From: Isurus oxyrinchus
Lineage: Eukaryota
NCBI GenBank assembly: GCA_026770705.1
Contig: JANJGN010000121.1
Span: 434,001-498,000 of the forward strand
DNA length: 64,000 nucleotides
Direction: 5' to 3'
The notes under the pieces were generated by a model. That model ran no database searches. It was given only the letters and a program-made list of their open reading frames with translations, and was not told where the DNA came from. Within the stretch, counting starts at the first letter, position 1. Each line of letters opens with the position of its first letter. Positions 11,333 to 23,569 of the stretch are shown one piece after another. The translations under genes and the position numbers were made by a program.

Positions 11333-11546
11333 CTCTTATACCTGAAACACTTGAAGGGGACAGCCGCGGGTGGGTAGCTGTGTGGTATCACACCCATTTC
11401 TGGATATTGCAGTGTCGATGTTCCCTGTCCCACTGGCCTGGGACCAGCAGTAAGGTCACTGGGACATTGACTGTCTGGCGCCGAGAACTATCAGTCCCTC
11501 CGCAACGCCCTTCACCTTGTGCAAATATGTGTTCATATTGATGCAA
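11333..11546 (-). promoter_or_regulatory. Hepcidin-like promoter: TATA box, BMP-responsive element, C/EBP-type sites
   Basis: TATAAGAG at 11340-11333. GGCGCC at 11477-11482 abuts a Smad element (minus strand TCGGCGCCAGAC). TTGTGCAA at ~11517-11524 and TGATGCAA at ~11540-11547. Only a degenerate STAT-like TATCCAGAA at ~11398-11406. Confidence 0.6.
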
Positions 11547-11939
11547 CACAACATAGCAAAAACATAGGGGCTGGTTCTTATGTCGGCAAATCAGGTGAAG
11601 CGCACGCCCCCTAACCCCTTACTCCTCTCATTGCTCCTCCTTCCTGCCAGACACTTACTATTTTACAAATTGTGTGCGTTGCTTTTATTTCGGACAAGGG
11701 GCCTCGAGGGGGAACTGATTTACGCTGAGGTTTAGGGGTTAACAGCCATGTCATGTGTTGATCGGTCAGTGTTTACCATGTGGAGACTGTCTGTCACCAG
11801 CTTTGTTAATGGTTTATCCAGGAACATTGAAGGGCATGAACGTTCTTGCTTTGTATGGAACAAGTTACCAACTGGGTTCAGTCATCGACTCAGACTCACA
11901 TCAACATAAACTGGCTTCTGACAGGTAAGTTTCTATTAC

Positions 11940-12530
11940 ATAAGGGTAGGAGGAGGCCATTTGGCCCCTCGAGCCTGCTCCACCATTCAAAGAGTTCATG
12001 GCTGATCTGCAAACTAGCCCCATATGCCTTTGTCCCATCTCCTTTAATACCTTTGGATAACAAAAATCTATCAGTCTCACAGGTTTAAAATGAACAACTT
12101 GATCGTGCATCAGTTCCTGTTTGGGGAAGAGAGTTCCAAATTTCTCCCACCCTTTGTACTTCCTAATTTAATTCCTTTTTAGGCTCTGACCCCGAGTCCC
12201 AGACTCCCCCCAACCAGGGGAAATGGTTTCTCTTTATCGCCCCCGATCTGTTCCCCTTAATATCATGCGAACATTCATCAAATCTCCTGCTTAACATTCT
12301 AACTTCCAGGGAATACAAGCCGAGTTTGTGTTTAATCTCTCCTTGTGATTTAACCCTTGGAGTCCCGGTCTCATTCTGGTAAACTGACACTGCTCTCCCT
12401 CCGAGGTCAATATATCCTTCCTAAGGTGTGGGGCCCAGAATGTCTCACAGTGACTCCAGGTGTGGTCTAGCCAGGGCTTTATGTAGACTGAAGCATGACC
12501 TCTGCCCCCTTATATTCTAATCCGTGAGAT
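11940..12530 (-). mobile_element. CR1-type LINE 3' fragment
   Basis: Degenerate LGLYSLEVR and GLEYKGAEVMLQ motifs plus a CR1-like 3' tail. Confidence 0.75.
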
Positions 12531-14119
12531 AGAAAGGGCAGAGTTCCAGAATTGTTGTGTTTATTCGACAACAGAATAACAGAGGAAGGTTTCCTCTCTG
12601 CCCTCTTCAGCCCCACTGGGAAGGTCAGGATGAGAAGGTTGGGCTGGGTCCCCTGTACTGGACACTCGCTGAATCTTCCAATGATAGTTCTGGGCTGGAT
12701 TTCAAAACGCATAGACAAGGATTCAGTGTTCCATCACATTCTGCCTTTGTCTCTTTTCCTCTCGTTCTCTTTCTCTACCATCCTCTCTCTCTATCTATCT
12801 ATCTTTCTCCTCATTCTCTCCTGCTTCATCTCTATCACTTTCTTTCTACTTCTTTGTGTGTCTCTGTCTGTCTCTCTCTCTCACTCTTTCTTTCCTTGTC
12901 CTTATCTCTTTCAGTGTCTCCCTCTTTCTCTCTCTCTCTCTCTCTCTAAATGTGCCCCTCTCTAACAGTTTGGCCCAGTACTCTTATTTCCCTGTTTTAC
13001 TGGTGTTCCATTTGAAGGTATACAAGACCAGATCAGACCAGAATGTTTATTTTCCAGTGTTTACTGTGTTTTTTTCATTCTGGGTGTCTCTCGACTCTGT
13101 CTGTCCCTCTCTGTCCTTTTATTTCATTCTTTCATGTGATGTGGACATCACTGCCCAGGCCAGCATTTATTGCCCAACCCTAATTGCCCTTGTTCAGAGG
13201 CCACTTTTTAAAAGTCAACCACATTGCTGTGGGTCTAGAGTCACATGTAGGCCAGACCAGGTAAGGACAGCAGATTTCCCTCCCTAAAGGGCATTTGTGA
13301 CCCAAATACAAGAATCGGCAATGGTTTCCTGGTCATCATCGGACTTTTAATTCCAGGTTTTTATTGAGTTCAAATTCCACCAACTGCTGTGGTGGGATTC
13401 TAACCAGGGTCCCAGGACCATTACACTGGGTCTCTGGATTACTGGTCCAGTGAAAATACCATCAGGCCAACACCTCCCCACTCTTCCCTTCCACCATCTT
13501 TCATACTTGTTCTGTCTCTCTCTCACTCTCCTTCTCTCTTCTCCCTCTCTCAGTCTCTCTCTGTCTCTCAATCTCTCTATCGCTCTCTATCTCCTGGAGG
13601 CTCTCTCTCTGACTGTCTCCCTCCCTATATCTGTAACCTCCTCTCTCTCTCCCTTTCCTCCAGCCCCTACAACCCTCCCTAAGGCAGCCTCCACCTGCCT
13701 CTACAATCCTCCCCATCTCTGTAACCACCTTCAACCCCGACACCCCTCCCTATATCTGTAACCACCTCCAACCCCCACAACCCTCCCCATCTCTGTAACC
13801 ACCTTCAACCCCTACACCCCTCCCTATCTCTGTAACCTCCTCCAGCCCCTGTAACCCTCCCTATCTCTTGAAGGGTTCTCAAAATTCCCACATTTTCCAT
13901 ATCATCAAGAAGGATATCACTTTTGCACCTTTAAACTGCTGAGTTAAGTGGAAAACCCTGCAGACAGGAGGCTGGGGCCATGAAGGCCCAAAACCAGTTG
14001 TCTGCTGCACTTTGTGACAAGCCCCAAATAAGTCCAAGGTCTAGAACCCAGGGAGTGGGAGCGATTCAGACGGCTCAGAAGTCGCAGGTGAAGCTGACAC
14101 ACACCACCACACCCTACAA

Positions 14120-14620
14120 GGGGCTGAATGGCCTCCTCCTGTTCCTGTGTAATGGGCTTCAGTGGCTGAATGGGCCTCGTCCTTTTTCTGTGTAACAGGC
14201 TCAATAGGGCTGAATGGGCCTCCTCCTGTTCTTGTGTAACAGGCTCGAGGGGGCTGAATGGGCCTCCTCCAGTTCCTGTGTAACAGGCTTGAGGAGCTAA
14301 ATGGGCCTCCTTCCGTTCCTGTGTAACAGACATCAGTGGCTGAATGGGCTTGCTCCTGTTCCTGTGTAACAGTCTTGAGGGGGCTGAATGGCCTCTTCCT
14401 GTATCTGTGTAATAGGCTCAATGGGCTGAATGGCCCCCTTCTGTTCCTGTGTAACAGTCTCGAGGGGGCTGAATGGGCCTCTTCCTGTTCCTGTGTAACA
14501 GGCTCGAGGGGGCTGAATGGGCCTCTTCCTGTTCCTGTGTAACAGTCTCGAGGGGGCTGAATGGGCCTCTTCCTGTTCCTGTGTAACAGGCTCGATGGGC
14601 TGAATGGCCTCCTTCTGCTC
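14120..14620. repeat. ~43-bp minisatellite (gggggctgaatgggcctcttcctgttcctgtgtaacaggctcga), derived from a LINE/SINE tail
   Basis: Direct tandem repeats. Confidence 0.9.
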
Positions 14621-14874
14621 TGTAAAATTGTTGTGATACTGTAACTGCCTCTTTGGTTTCATTCAGCTGAATCTTCAGCTCTTCAGTCTCTTCCTTGTAT
14701 CTCTTGCCTTCCTCCTGGAACATTGGACATGGTTGGGTCTTCCCTGCCAACTGTTTCTTCAGTTTGCTCAGAGCGGCACAGAATTCGCTTTCTTTCTCTT
14801 CAGGATTTTCCAGTGGAACCAACTCTGACCTGAGGGACACTTGCAGCCTGTGAGGATGCTTCAATTCTTCAAAC

Positions 14875-15980
14875 TCATTCCGAGATACACTCTCATATTC
14901 CCCCAGCAACTCAGCAACTCCTCCAGTGAAACATTTCAGAGCAGCTGAGCTTGGTTTTCTGGAACCAGTCTCGGCCCAGAAGACTAGGGCCCTCACCTGT
15001 CGCTATGATCACTGGAAGCTGGGCTGTCTGCTGCCTGTAGGACACAGGTACTGGGATGAGGTCCTTTCCCTGTATGGATTCTCCAGTGTGTGTCTTCAGC
15101 TGATCCATTGTTGGCTCTAAATTCAGCGTCTGGGTTCCTTCATTTAGCTGTTTAAATGTGGGCTCTTCCACCACTGTGTCTGAGGCTCCCGTATCTGCCC
15201 CATTACTAGTGGCTGCCCATTCACTTGGGTTGTGATGGTTATAGGTTCAGTTTTTACCACTGTGACATTGGACAGGGAATAGACATCGGTATCAGCAGCT
15301 TCAGGCTCTGTGATATTATTCACTTCCATCATGTTGGTGCACTGTCTGATGGGCTGTCTCGATTTCACCCTGCATTGCTTTATTACCCGCCCCTTTGTTG
15401 TGGCAGTGATGGCATTCTGCTCCCTTGAACCTGCAGGTGTCCGGTACGAGCTCACTCCCCCCCACATCGAGAACAGACCAACTTCGGAGTTGCTGCTGAA
15501 ATACTCCCACGAAACCTTTTAGTTTCTGGAGCGGCAGAGACTGTCTCTCGCTTGGCGGCTGTCTCTCTCTCTCTCTCTCCAGTTTGAGCCTCACGCCCGG
15601 TGGTTGTTTCCTGTCCCAGCTGAGGACTGGTGCCATGTTGTACATCCTGTAAATCCCGCCAGTCTCTCCCAGCACTTTCCATGCCTGGCGCTATTTCCAT
15701 GGTGCACTTCAAATCGATGTCGTCTTCTGCAAGTAAACGGCTCTGAATGGCGTTGGGGTGAACGACACAAACCAATCGGCCCCGCAACATGTCATTGAGT
15801 GTGTCTCCGAGGTCCCAGTGCTCAGTCACCTGCTTCCACTTCACTGTATAGGTTGCGATGGACTCACCCGGGGCCCTTACTCTGGAGTTAAACTTAAACC
15901 TCTGCATTATTACCCACGGCTTCAGCTGAAAACACATCTTCATGAGGACGACTAATTGGTGAAAAGATTTAGAATTGGGT
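14875..15980 (-). mobile_element. Ty3/Gypsy LTR-retrotransposon internal fragment (gag, zinc knuckle, protease), frameshifted, no LTRs visible
   Basis: QRFKFNSRVRAPGESIATY...LNDMLRGRLVC (gag), CHHCHNKG (knuckle), DTGAS at 15195-15181 (protease), GPSLLGRDW. Confidence 0.9.
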
Positions 15981-17149
15981 GTAATACACGTCACTGTCTT
16001 CAGCTCTGAGACTGTCAATCCTCACCAAACAATTCTTCCCTTCCAAGTTCCCAATTATTTTAGCACGTCCCACGAATGTGGCCACCCCATAATTGGCATC
16101 TTTGGTGTATGTGATGGTATATTTCCATCTATACCAATATTTATACCAAGCTCCGTGCAGTGCTGTGTAAGAGTGGGAAGGAAAGTCAAAGCTACACGGA
16201 ATAACCACACAAGAGCTGCTGATGGCCCTCCGAGGCAGCGCCTTCATAGACCGTCCCTCTGACGTCACTCCTGAAAGGCAACGAGGGAGGGGACTGAACA
16301 TCAAAAAGCAGAATATTACTTCAATGGAGAGAGGCAGCAGAATGCGGTACAGAGGGATCTGGGTGTCCTTGTACATTAATCACAGAAAGTCAGCATTCAG
16401 GAACAGCACAGAATGAGGAAGGCAAGTGGAATGTTGGCCTTTATTGCAAAGGGCTGGAGTATAAAAGGAGGGAAGTCTTGCAACAGCTGCACAGGGCGTT
16501 GGTGAGATTGTATCAGGAGCAGTGTGTACAGTTCTGGTCTCCTTACTTAGGGAGGGATAGACTCTGCATTGGAGGCAGCTCAGAGGAGGTTCACTGGGCT
16601 GATTCCTGGGATGAAGGGGGTTTGTCTTATGAGGAAATGTTGAGCAGGTTGGGCCCTGTATCCATTGGAGTTTAGAAGAATGAGAGGTGATCTTATTGAA
16701 ACATATAAGATTCTGAGGTGGTGGGGGGTTTGACAGGGTGGATGCTGAGGGGATGTTACCCCTTGTGGGGGAATCCTGTGAAGCAATAAGGATGTTTTAC
16801 TGCATTAAAGGGCTATATAAATGCACTGTCATTCCTATTGAAACAAGCTCTCTGATGCACAAACAGAAAATGCTGGAAAAACTCAGCAGGTCTGACAGCA
16901 TCTGTGGAGAGAGAAACAGAGTTGTTGTTTCGAGTCCGTATGAGGCTTTTGCTTTTGCTAAATTCTCTGACTCGCTATTCGCTCACTCTCTGTGTGATCA
17001 CTAACCCTGTTCTCTAAAATTAAATGTTCACTTCCTCATTCCAGGAAAGAATCCAATTCCCTGAGTTCCGATCAGTAATGAATTTGTACCTTGCAGCAAG
17101 CTGATGAAGATCAATATCAGACCGACCTCTCCCATCTTCAGTTCCTCAT
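15981..17149 (-). pseudogene. Gene A: MAG/Siglec-like gene remnant (leader exon plus truncated V-set exon)
   Basis: Leader CDS 17135-17090 MGEVGLILIFISLLQ-G|gtac (acceptor at 17150). The V exon from 16270 reads GVTSEGRSMKALPRRAISSSCVVIPCSFDFP...HGAWY...FVGRAKIIGNLEGKNCLVRIDSLRAEDSDVYY, then runs into Gypsy gag and stops. No downstream C2 or TM exons found. Confidence 0.85.
16345..16775 (+). mobile_element. CR1-type LINE fragment
   Basis: QLHRALVRLYQEQCVQFWSPYL motif. A similar fragment lies at 63160-63980. Confidence 0.85.
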
Positions 17150-17399
17150 CTAAATGGAAATGATAAAGACAGAGACTTTTTCATAAATTGTCCCCAGCGT
17201 TTCTTCCTCAAACAACAACTTGTGGTTAAATGGCACCTTTCAGTGAGTTAAACAGCCCCAGAGAATAAACTAATGTCAAGACAAGGAAGGAGAGATTGAG
17301 AAGGGACATCGCAAACCGATTCACCAAACACGGCAAAAATTCATTGTTCCCTCACTCCCTGTGCTGGGTGTCCAGCTTTTTCTCTCAGTGAGTTTAGTC

Positions 17400-18635
17400 C
17401 TCACAATCTCTATCTATCGCACTCTTCTGCTCTATCTCTCTCTCACACACACATTCTCTCTCTAACACTCACAATCTCTCTCTATCACACTCTTCTGCTC
17501 TATCTCTCTCTCTCTCACACTCACACATTCTCTCTCTAACACTCACTATCTCTCTCGATCACACTCTTCTGCTCTGTCTCTCTCTCTCTCTCACACACAT
17601 TCTCTCTCCAACACTCACAATCTCTATCTATCGCACTCTTCTGCTCTCTCTCTCTCTCTCTCACACTCACATTCTCTCTCTAACACTCACAACCTCTCTC
17701 TATCGCACTCTTCTGCTCTATCTCTCTCTCTCACACACACACATTCTCTCTCTAACACTCACAATCTCTCTCTATCACACTCTTCTGCTCTATCTCTCTC
17801 TCTCTCACACACACACACATTCTCTCTCTAACACTCACAATCTCTCTCTATCACACTCCTCTGCTCTATCTCTCTCTCTCACACACACACATTCTCTCTC
17901 TAACACTCACAATCTCTCTCTATCACACTCTTCTGCTCTCTCTCTCTCTCACACACACACACATTCTCTCTCTAACACTCACAATCTCTCTCTATCACAC
18001 TCCTGTGCTCTATCTCTCTCTCTCACACACACACATTCTCTCTCTAACACTCACAATCTCTCTCTATCGCACTCTTCTGCTCTATCTCTCTCTCTCACAC
18101 ACACACACATTCTCTCTCTAACAAACACAATCTCTCTCTATCGCACTCTTCTGCTCTCTCTCTCTCTCACACACACACATTCTCTTTCTAATACTCACAA
18201 TCTCTCTCTATCACACTCTTCTGCTCTATCTCTCTCTCTCACACACACACATTCTCTCTCTAACACTCACAATCTCTCTCTATCGCACTCTTCTGCTCTA
18301 TCTCTCTCTCTCACACACACACATTCTCTCTCTAACACTCACAATCTCTCTCTATCACACTCTTCTGCTCTATCTCTCTCTCTCTCACACACATTCTCTC
18401 TCTAACACTCACAATCTCTCTCTATCACACTCTTCTGCTCTATCTCTCTCTCTCACACACACACATTCTCTCTCTAACACTCACAATCTCTCTCTATCAC
18501 ACTCTTCTGCTCTATCTCTCTCTCTCTCTCACACACACACATTCTCTCTCTAACAAACACAATCTCTCTCTATCGCACTCTACTGCTCTCTCTCTCTCTC
18601 TCACAAACACAATCTCTCTCTATCGCACTCTACTG

Positions 18636-18666
<31 letters not shown>

Positions 18667-20940
18667 TCTCTCTCTAACACTCACAATCTCTCTCTGTCAC
18701 ACTCTTCTGCTCTCTCTCTCTCTCTCACACACACACATTCTCTCTCTAACACTCACAATCTCTCTCTATCACACTCTTCTGCTCTATCTCTCTCTCTCAC
18801 ACGCACACATTCTCTCGCTAACACTCACAATCTCTCTCTATCACACTCCTCTGCTCTCTCTCTCTCTCACACACACACATTCTCTCTCTAACACTCACAA
18901 TCTCTCTCTATCACACTCTTCTGCTCTATTTCTCTCTCTCTCTCACACACACATTCTCTCTCTAACACTCACAATCTCTCTCTATCGCACTCTACTGCTC
19001 TCTCTCTCTCTCACAAACACAATCTCTCTCTATCGCACTCTTCTGCTCTCTCTCTCTCACAAACACACATTCTCTCTCTAACACTCACAATCTCTCTCTA
19101 TCGCACTCTTCTGCTCTATCTCTCTCACACAAACACACATTCTCTCTCTAACACTCACAATCTCTCTCTATCACACTCCTCTGCTCTATCTCTCTCTCTC
19201 ACACACACACATTCTCTCTCTAACACTCACAATCTCTCTCTATCACACTCCTCTGCTCTATCTCTCTCTCTCACACACACACATTCTCTCTCTAACACTC
19301 ACAATCTCTCTCTATCGCACTCTTCTGCTCTATCTCTCTCTCTCTCACACACACATTCTCTCTCTAACACTCACAATCTCTCTCTATCACACTCCTCTGC
19401 TCTATCTCTCTCTCTCACACACACACACATTCTCTCTCTAACAAACACAATCTCTCTCTATCACACTCCTCTGCTCTATCTCTCTCTCTCACACACACAC
19501 ACATTCTCTCTCTAACACTCACAATCTCTCTCTATCACACTCCTCTGCTCTATCTCTCTCTCTCACACACACATTCTCTCTCTAACACTCACAATCTCTC
19601 TCTATCGCACTCTTCTGCTCTATCTCTCTCTCTCTCACACACACACATTCTCTCTCTAACACTCACAATCTCTCTCTATCGCACTCTTCTGCTCTATCTC
19701 TCTCTCTCACACACACATTCTCTCTCTAACACTCACAATCTCTCTCTATCACACTCTTCTGCTCTATCTCTCTCTCTCTCACACACACACATTCTCTCTC
19801 TAAAACTCACAATCTCTATCACACTCTTCTGCTCTATCTCTCTCTCACACACACACATTCTCTCTCTAACACTCACAATCTCTCTCTATCACACTCTTCT
19901 GCTCTATCTCTCTCTCATACACACACATTCTCTCTCTAACACTCACAATCTCTCTCTATCACACTCCTCTGCTCTATCTCTCTCTCTCTCACACACACAT
20001 TCTCTCTCTAACACTCACAATCTCTCTCTATCGCACTCTTCTGCTCTCTCTCTCTCACAAACACACATTCTCTCTCTAACACTCACAATCTCTCTCTATC
20101 ACACTCCTCTACTCTATCTCTCTCACTCACACACACACATTCTCTCTCTAACACTCACAATCTCTCTCTATCGCACTCTTCTGCTCTATCTCTCTCTCTC
20201 TCACACACACATTCTCTCTCTAACACTCACAATCTCTCTCTATCACACTCCTCTGCTCTATCTCTCTCTCTCACACACACACACATTCTCTCTCTAACAA
20301 ACACAATCTCTCTCTATCACACTCCTCTGCTCTATCTCTCTCTCTCACACACACACACATTCTCTCTCTAACACTCACAATCTCTCTCTATCACACTCCT
20401 CTGCTCTATCTCTCTCTCTCACACACACATTCTCTCTCTAACACTCACAATCTCTCTCTATCGCACTCTTCTGCTCTATCTCTCTCTCTCTCACACACAC
20501 ACATTCTCTCTCTAACACTCACAATCTCTCTCTATCACACTCTTCTGCTCTATCTCTCTCTCTCTCACACACACACATTCTCTCTCTAAAACTCACAATC
20601 TCTATCACACTCTTCTGCTCTATCTCTCTCTCACATACACAAACATTCTCTCTCTAACAAACACAAACTCTCTCTATCGCACTCTTCTGCTCTCTCTCTC
20701 TCACAAACACACATTCTCTCTCTAACACTCACAATCTCTCTCTATCACACTCCTCTACTCTATCTCTCTCACTCACACACACACATTCTCTCTCTAACAC
20801 TCACAATCTCTCTCTATCACACTCTTCTGCTCTATCTCTCTCTCACACACACACACATTCTCTCTTTGACACTCACAATCTCTCTCTATCGCACTCTTCT
20901 GCTCTCTCTCTCTCTCTCTCACACACACATTCTCTCTGTC
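17400..20940. repeat. ~70-bp CT/CA-rich compound minisatellite, ~3.5 kb
   Basis: Unit aacactcacaatctctctctatcacactcttctgctcta(tc)n(ac)nattctctctct repeated tandemly, grading into CT/CA low-complexity sequence up to ~21420. Confidence 0.97.
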
Positions 20941-22318
20941 TCCCTCCCTCAAATACATTGTCTCTCTCTCTCTGACACAAACACTCTCTCACACACTCAC
21001 ACACTTTCCCTAAAACTAACACAATCTCTCTTTCTGTCAAGCACACACTCTCTCTCACACACACACACTCTCTCTCTCAGACACACACATTCTCTCTCTC
21101 TCAAACATTTAACATTTCTCTTCATCTCGATCTTCTGCTGTCTCCCTCTTTCTCTCCCTCGCACACACACACACTCTCTGTCACAAACACACTCTCTCTC
21201 CCACACAATCTCTCTCACAGACACTCTCTCTCACACACTCACACTCTCTGTCACAAACACACGCTCTCTCCCACACACTCTCTCTCACACACTCTCACAT
21301 GCACACTCTCTCCCTCATATACAAACACTCTCCCTCACACATGCACACTCTCTATCTCTTTTTCTCTCTCACACAGTCTCTCTGTCTCTCTCTCTCTCTC
21401 AGACACTCTCTCTCTCTCTGATACAGAATGTTTTAAGACCTGCTCATGATTTCAGCTCAAAACCCAGGTAGATTCTCCCCAGTGAGGGAGTAGTGAGGGA
21501 GTGCTGCACTGTCAGAGGATCAGTACTGAGGGCGTGCTGCACTGTCAGAGGGTAAGTACTGAGGGAGTGCTGCACTGTCGGAGGATCAGTACTGAACACA
21601 ATGTCCATTCAGAACAGCTCGGTCCCCGATCAGAGAAACAGCCTCAGACAGAACCAACTGACGCTGGAATCCATACAATTCATCAACGTGTTGGGAGTTA
21701 GTTTGATGTCGGAGATGGAGTGTTACTGGGAAGGATGGAACCCGTCAGGATGAACAGCTCGATGTACGACAAGGAAAGGATGAGCTAAGAGGGGTTGGTC
21801 ACGGACAGACGGAGCATGTGAAGACTCAACAAGCTAATGGCAGGTGAAGAGCTGGAAAGGTGTCTTTTCAACACAAGGTTTAGACACAGAACTCGATGTT
21901 TGATCGGGTATTTCAAACCAGAGAAACTCTTTACAGGGTGACTGGACCTTGTCAATAATCCATCCAGCCAACCTCGCCTGGAGATTAGTCCAATATTAGT
22001 CACTAAACCGAGTCCCCCGTCTGCCCTCTCGGGCGGGTGTGAAAGATCCCACAGCCACTATTTGGAGGAAGAGCAGGGGGGAGATCTCCCCGGTGTCCTG
22101 GGACCAGTATTTATCCCTCAACCAACATCACTAAAAACAGATGATCACATTGCTGTTTGTGGGAGCTTGCTGTGCGCTAATTGGCTGCTGCGTTTCCTAC
22201 ATTACAACAGTAACCACACTTCGAAAAAAGGGTGAACTCACTTGTGAAGTGTTCTGGGACATCCAGAGACCATGCTGTACAGAAGAGATTTGACAGGAGC
22301 AGCAAGTGTTTTACTTAC

Positions 22319-22570
22319 AGGAGAATGAGTCCCCAGGGTTGTAGAGTCAATCCTGTCAGATGAATGTCTAACTGGAGACACTTCAGGGAGCTGATCTAAT
22401 TCTGGAAATGTTCAGTTTACCAGGATCGGAGGAGAGATGATCTTCCTCTCCTGACTGCATCGGACACGAGGTGAACTGGCTCTGGGAGGAGGGTCAGTGT
22501 TAACCCAGTTTTTCTGTGTTTGAGGGAGATGTGAAACTGGGGAAGTCACGTGGTTTTTTGGTGTGGTAAC
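22319..22570 (-). promoter_or_regulatory. Candidate non-coding first exon and promoter of gene A
   Basis: Donor CCT|gtaagt at 22318. Clustered GGGGAAGT (ETS, 22539-22546), CACGTG (22547-22552) and TGTGGT (RUNX, 22562-22567). Gene A's leader exon has an acceptor, so an upstream exon is required. Confidence 0.4.
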
Positions 22571-22750
22571 TCCATGTCTTTATTTGGTGCAGCACTCATT
22601 TAGTTCATGTCGTTGTTTCAATGCTACAAAACCACAGTGCATTCTGGACTATTTCTGCCTGACCTGCTGTCAGATACACACAGTCTGACAGAGAGGCGGA
22701 AAAGTGGTCCCTAGCAACGTGTGTAACTGTGAACTCGGCTCAGTCAGAAT

Positions 22751-22786
<36 letters not shown>

Positions 22787-23569
22787 ATGCACACTCACAC
22801 ATGCACACATACCCTCAAACACACACTCTTTTGCACAAACACTTTCTCTTTCACACACACACATACACACACACACTCTCTCTCTCACACACATGTTCTC
22901 TCTCACTCCCTCTCTCAAACGCACAATCTCCCTTTCTCTCAATCTCACACACACACTATCACATACACAAATACTCTCTCACAGACACACACTCTCTTTT
23001 GCACGCAAACTATCTCACACATACATTCTCTCTCTATCTTTCTCTCTCACACGTATACTGTCTCTCACTCTCACATAGACATTCTCTTTCTCTCACACAC
23101 TCTCTCACACACACAAGCTACCTCCCTCTCTCATGCACACACACTCTAACTCTCTTTTGCTCTCTCACACATACACACTCAGTCTCTCACACATACATTG
23201 TCTCTCTCTCTCTCACACAAACGCACTCTCTCTCTTCGAGATGGAAGGTTGGTGTTTTGAGACCATGTCAAGGTTTCAGCTCAAAATGCGGACGGACTCT
23301 CCCCAGTAAGGGAGTGCTGAGGGAGTGCTGCACTGTTGGAAGGTCAGTACTGAGGGAGTGCTGCACTGTCGGAGGGTCAGTACTGAGGGAGTGCTGCACT
23401 CCCAGAGGGTCAGTACTGAGGGAGTGCTGCACTCCCAGAGGGTCAATGCTGAACGAATGCCACACTGTCAAAGGGTCAGTGCTGAGCGAGTGCTGCACTG
23501 TTGGAGGGTGAGCGTTGAGGAAGTGCTGCACTGTCACTGTCACTGACCATCCGACAGTGCACTGTCACC

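Noticed and set aside
11398-11406. Canonical STAT3 site in the hepcidin promoter
   Set aside because: TATCCAGAA deviates from TTCnnnGAA at two positions; noted only as degenerate.
20866-23511. His/Thr/Ser/Leu-rich ORFs
   Set aside because: CA/CT microsatellite translations.
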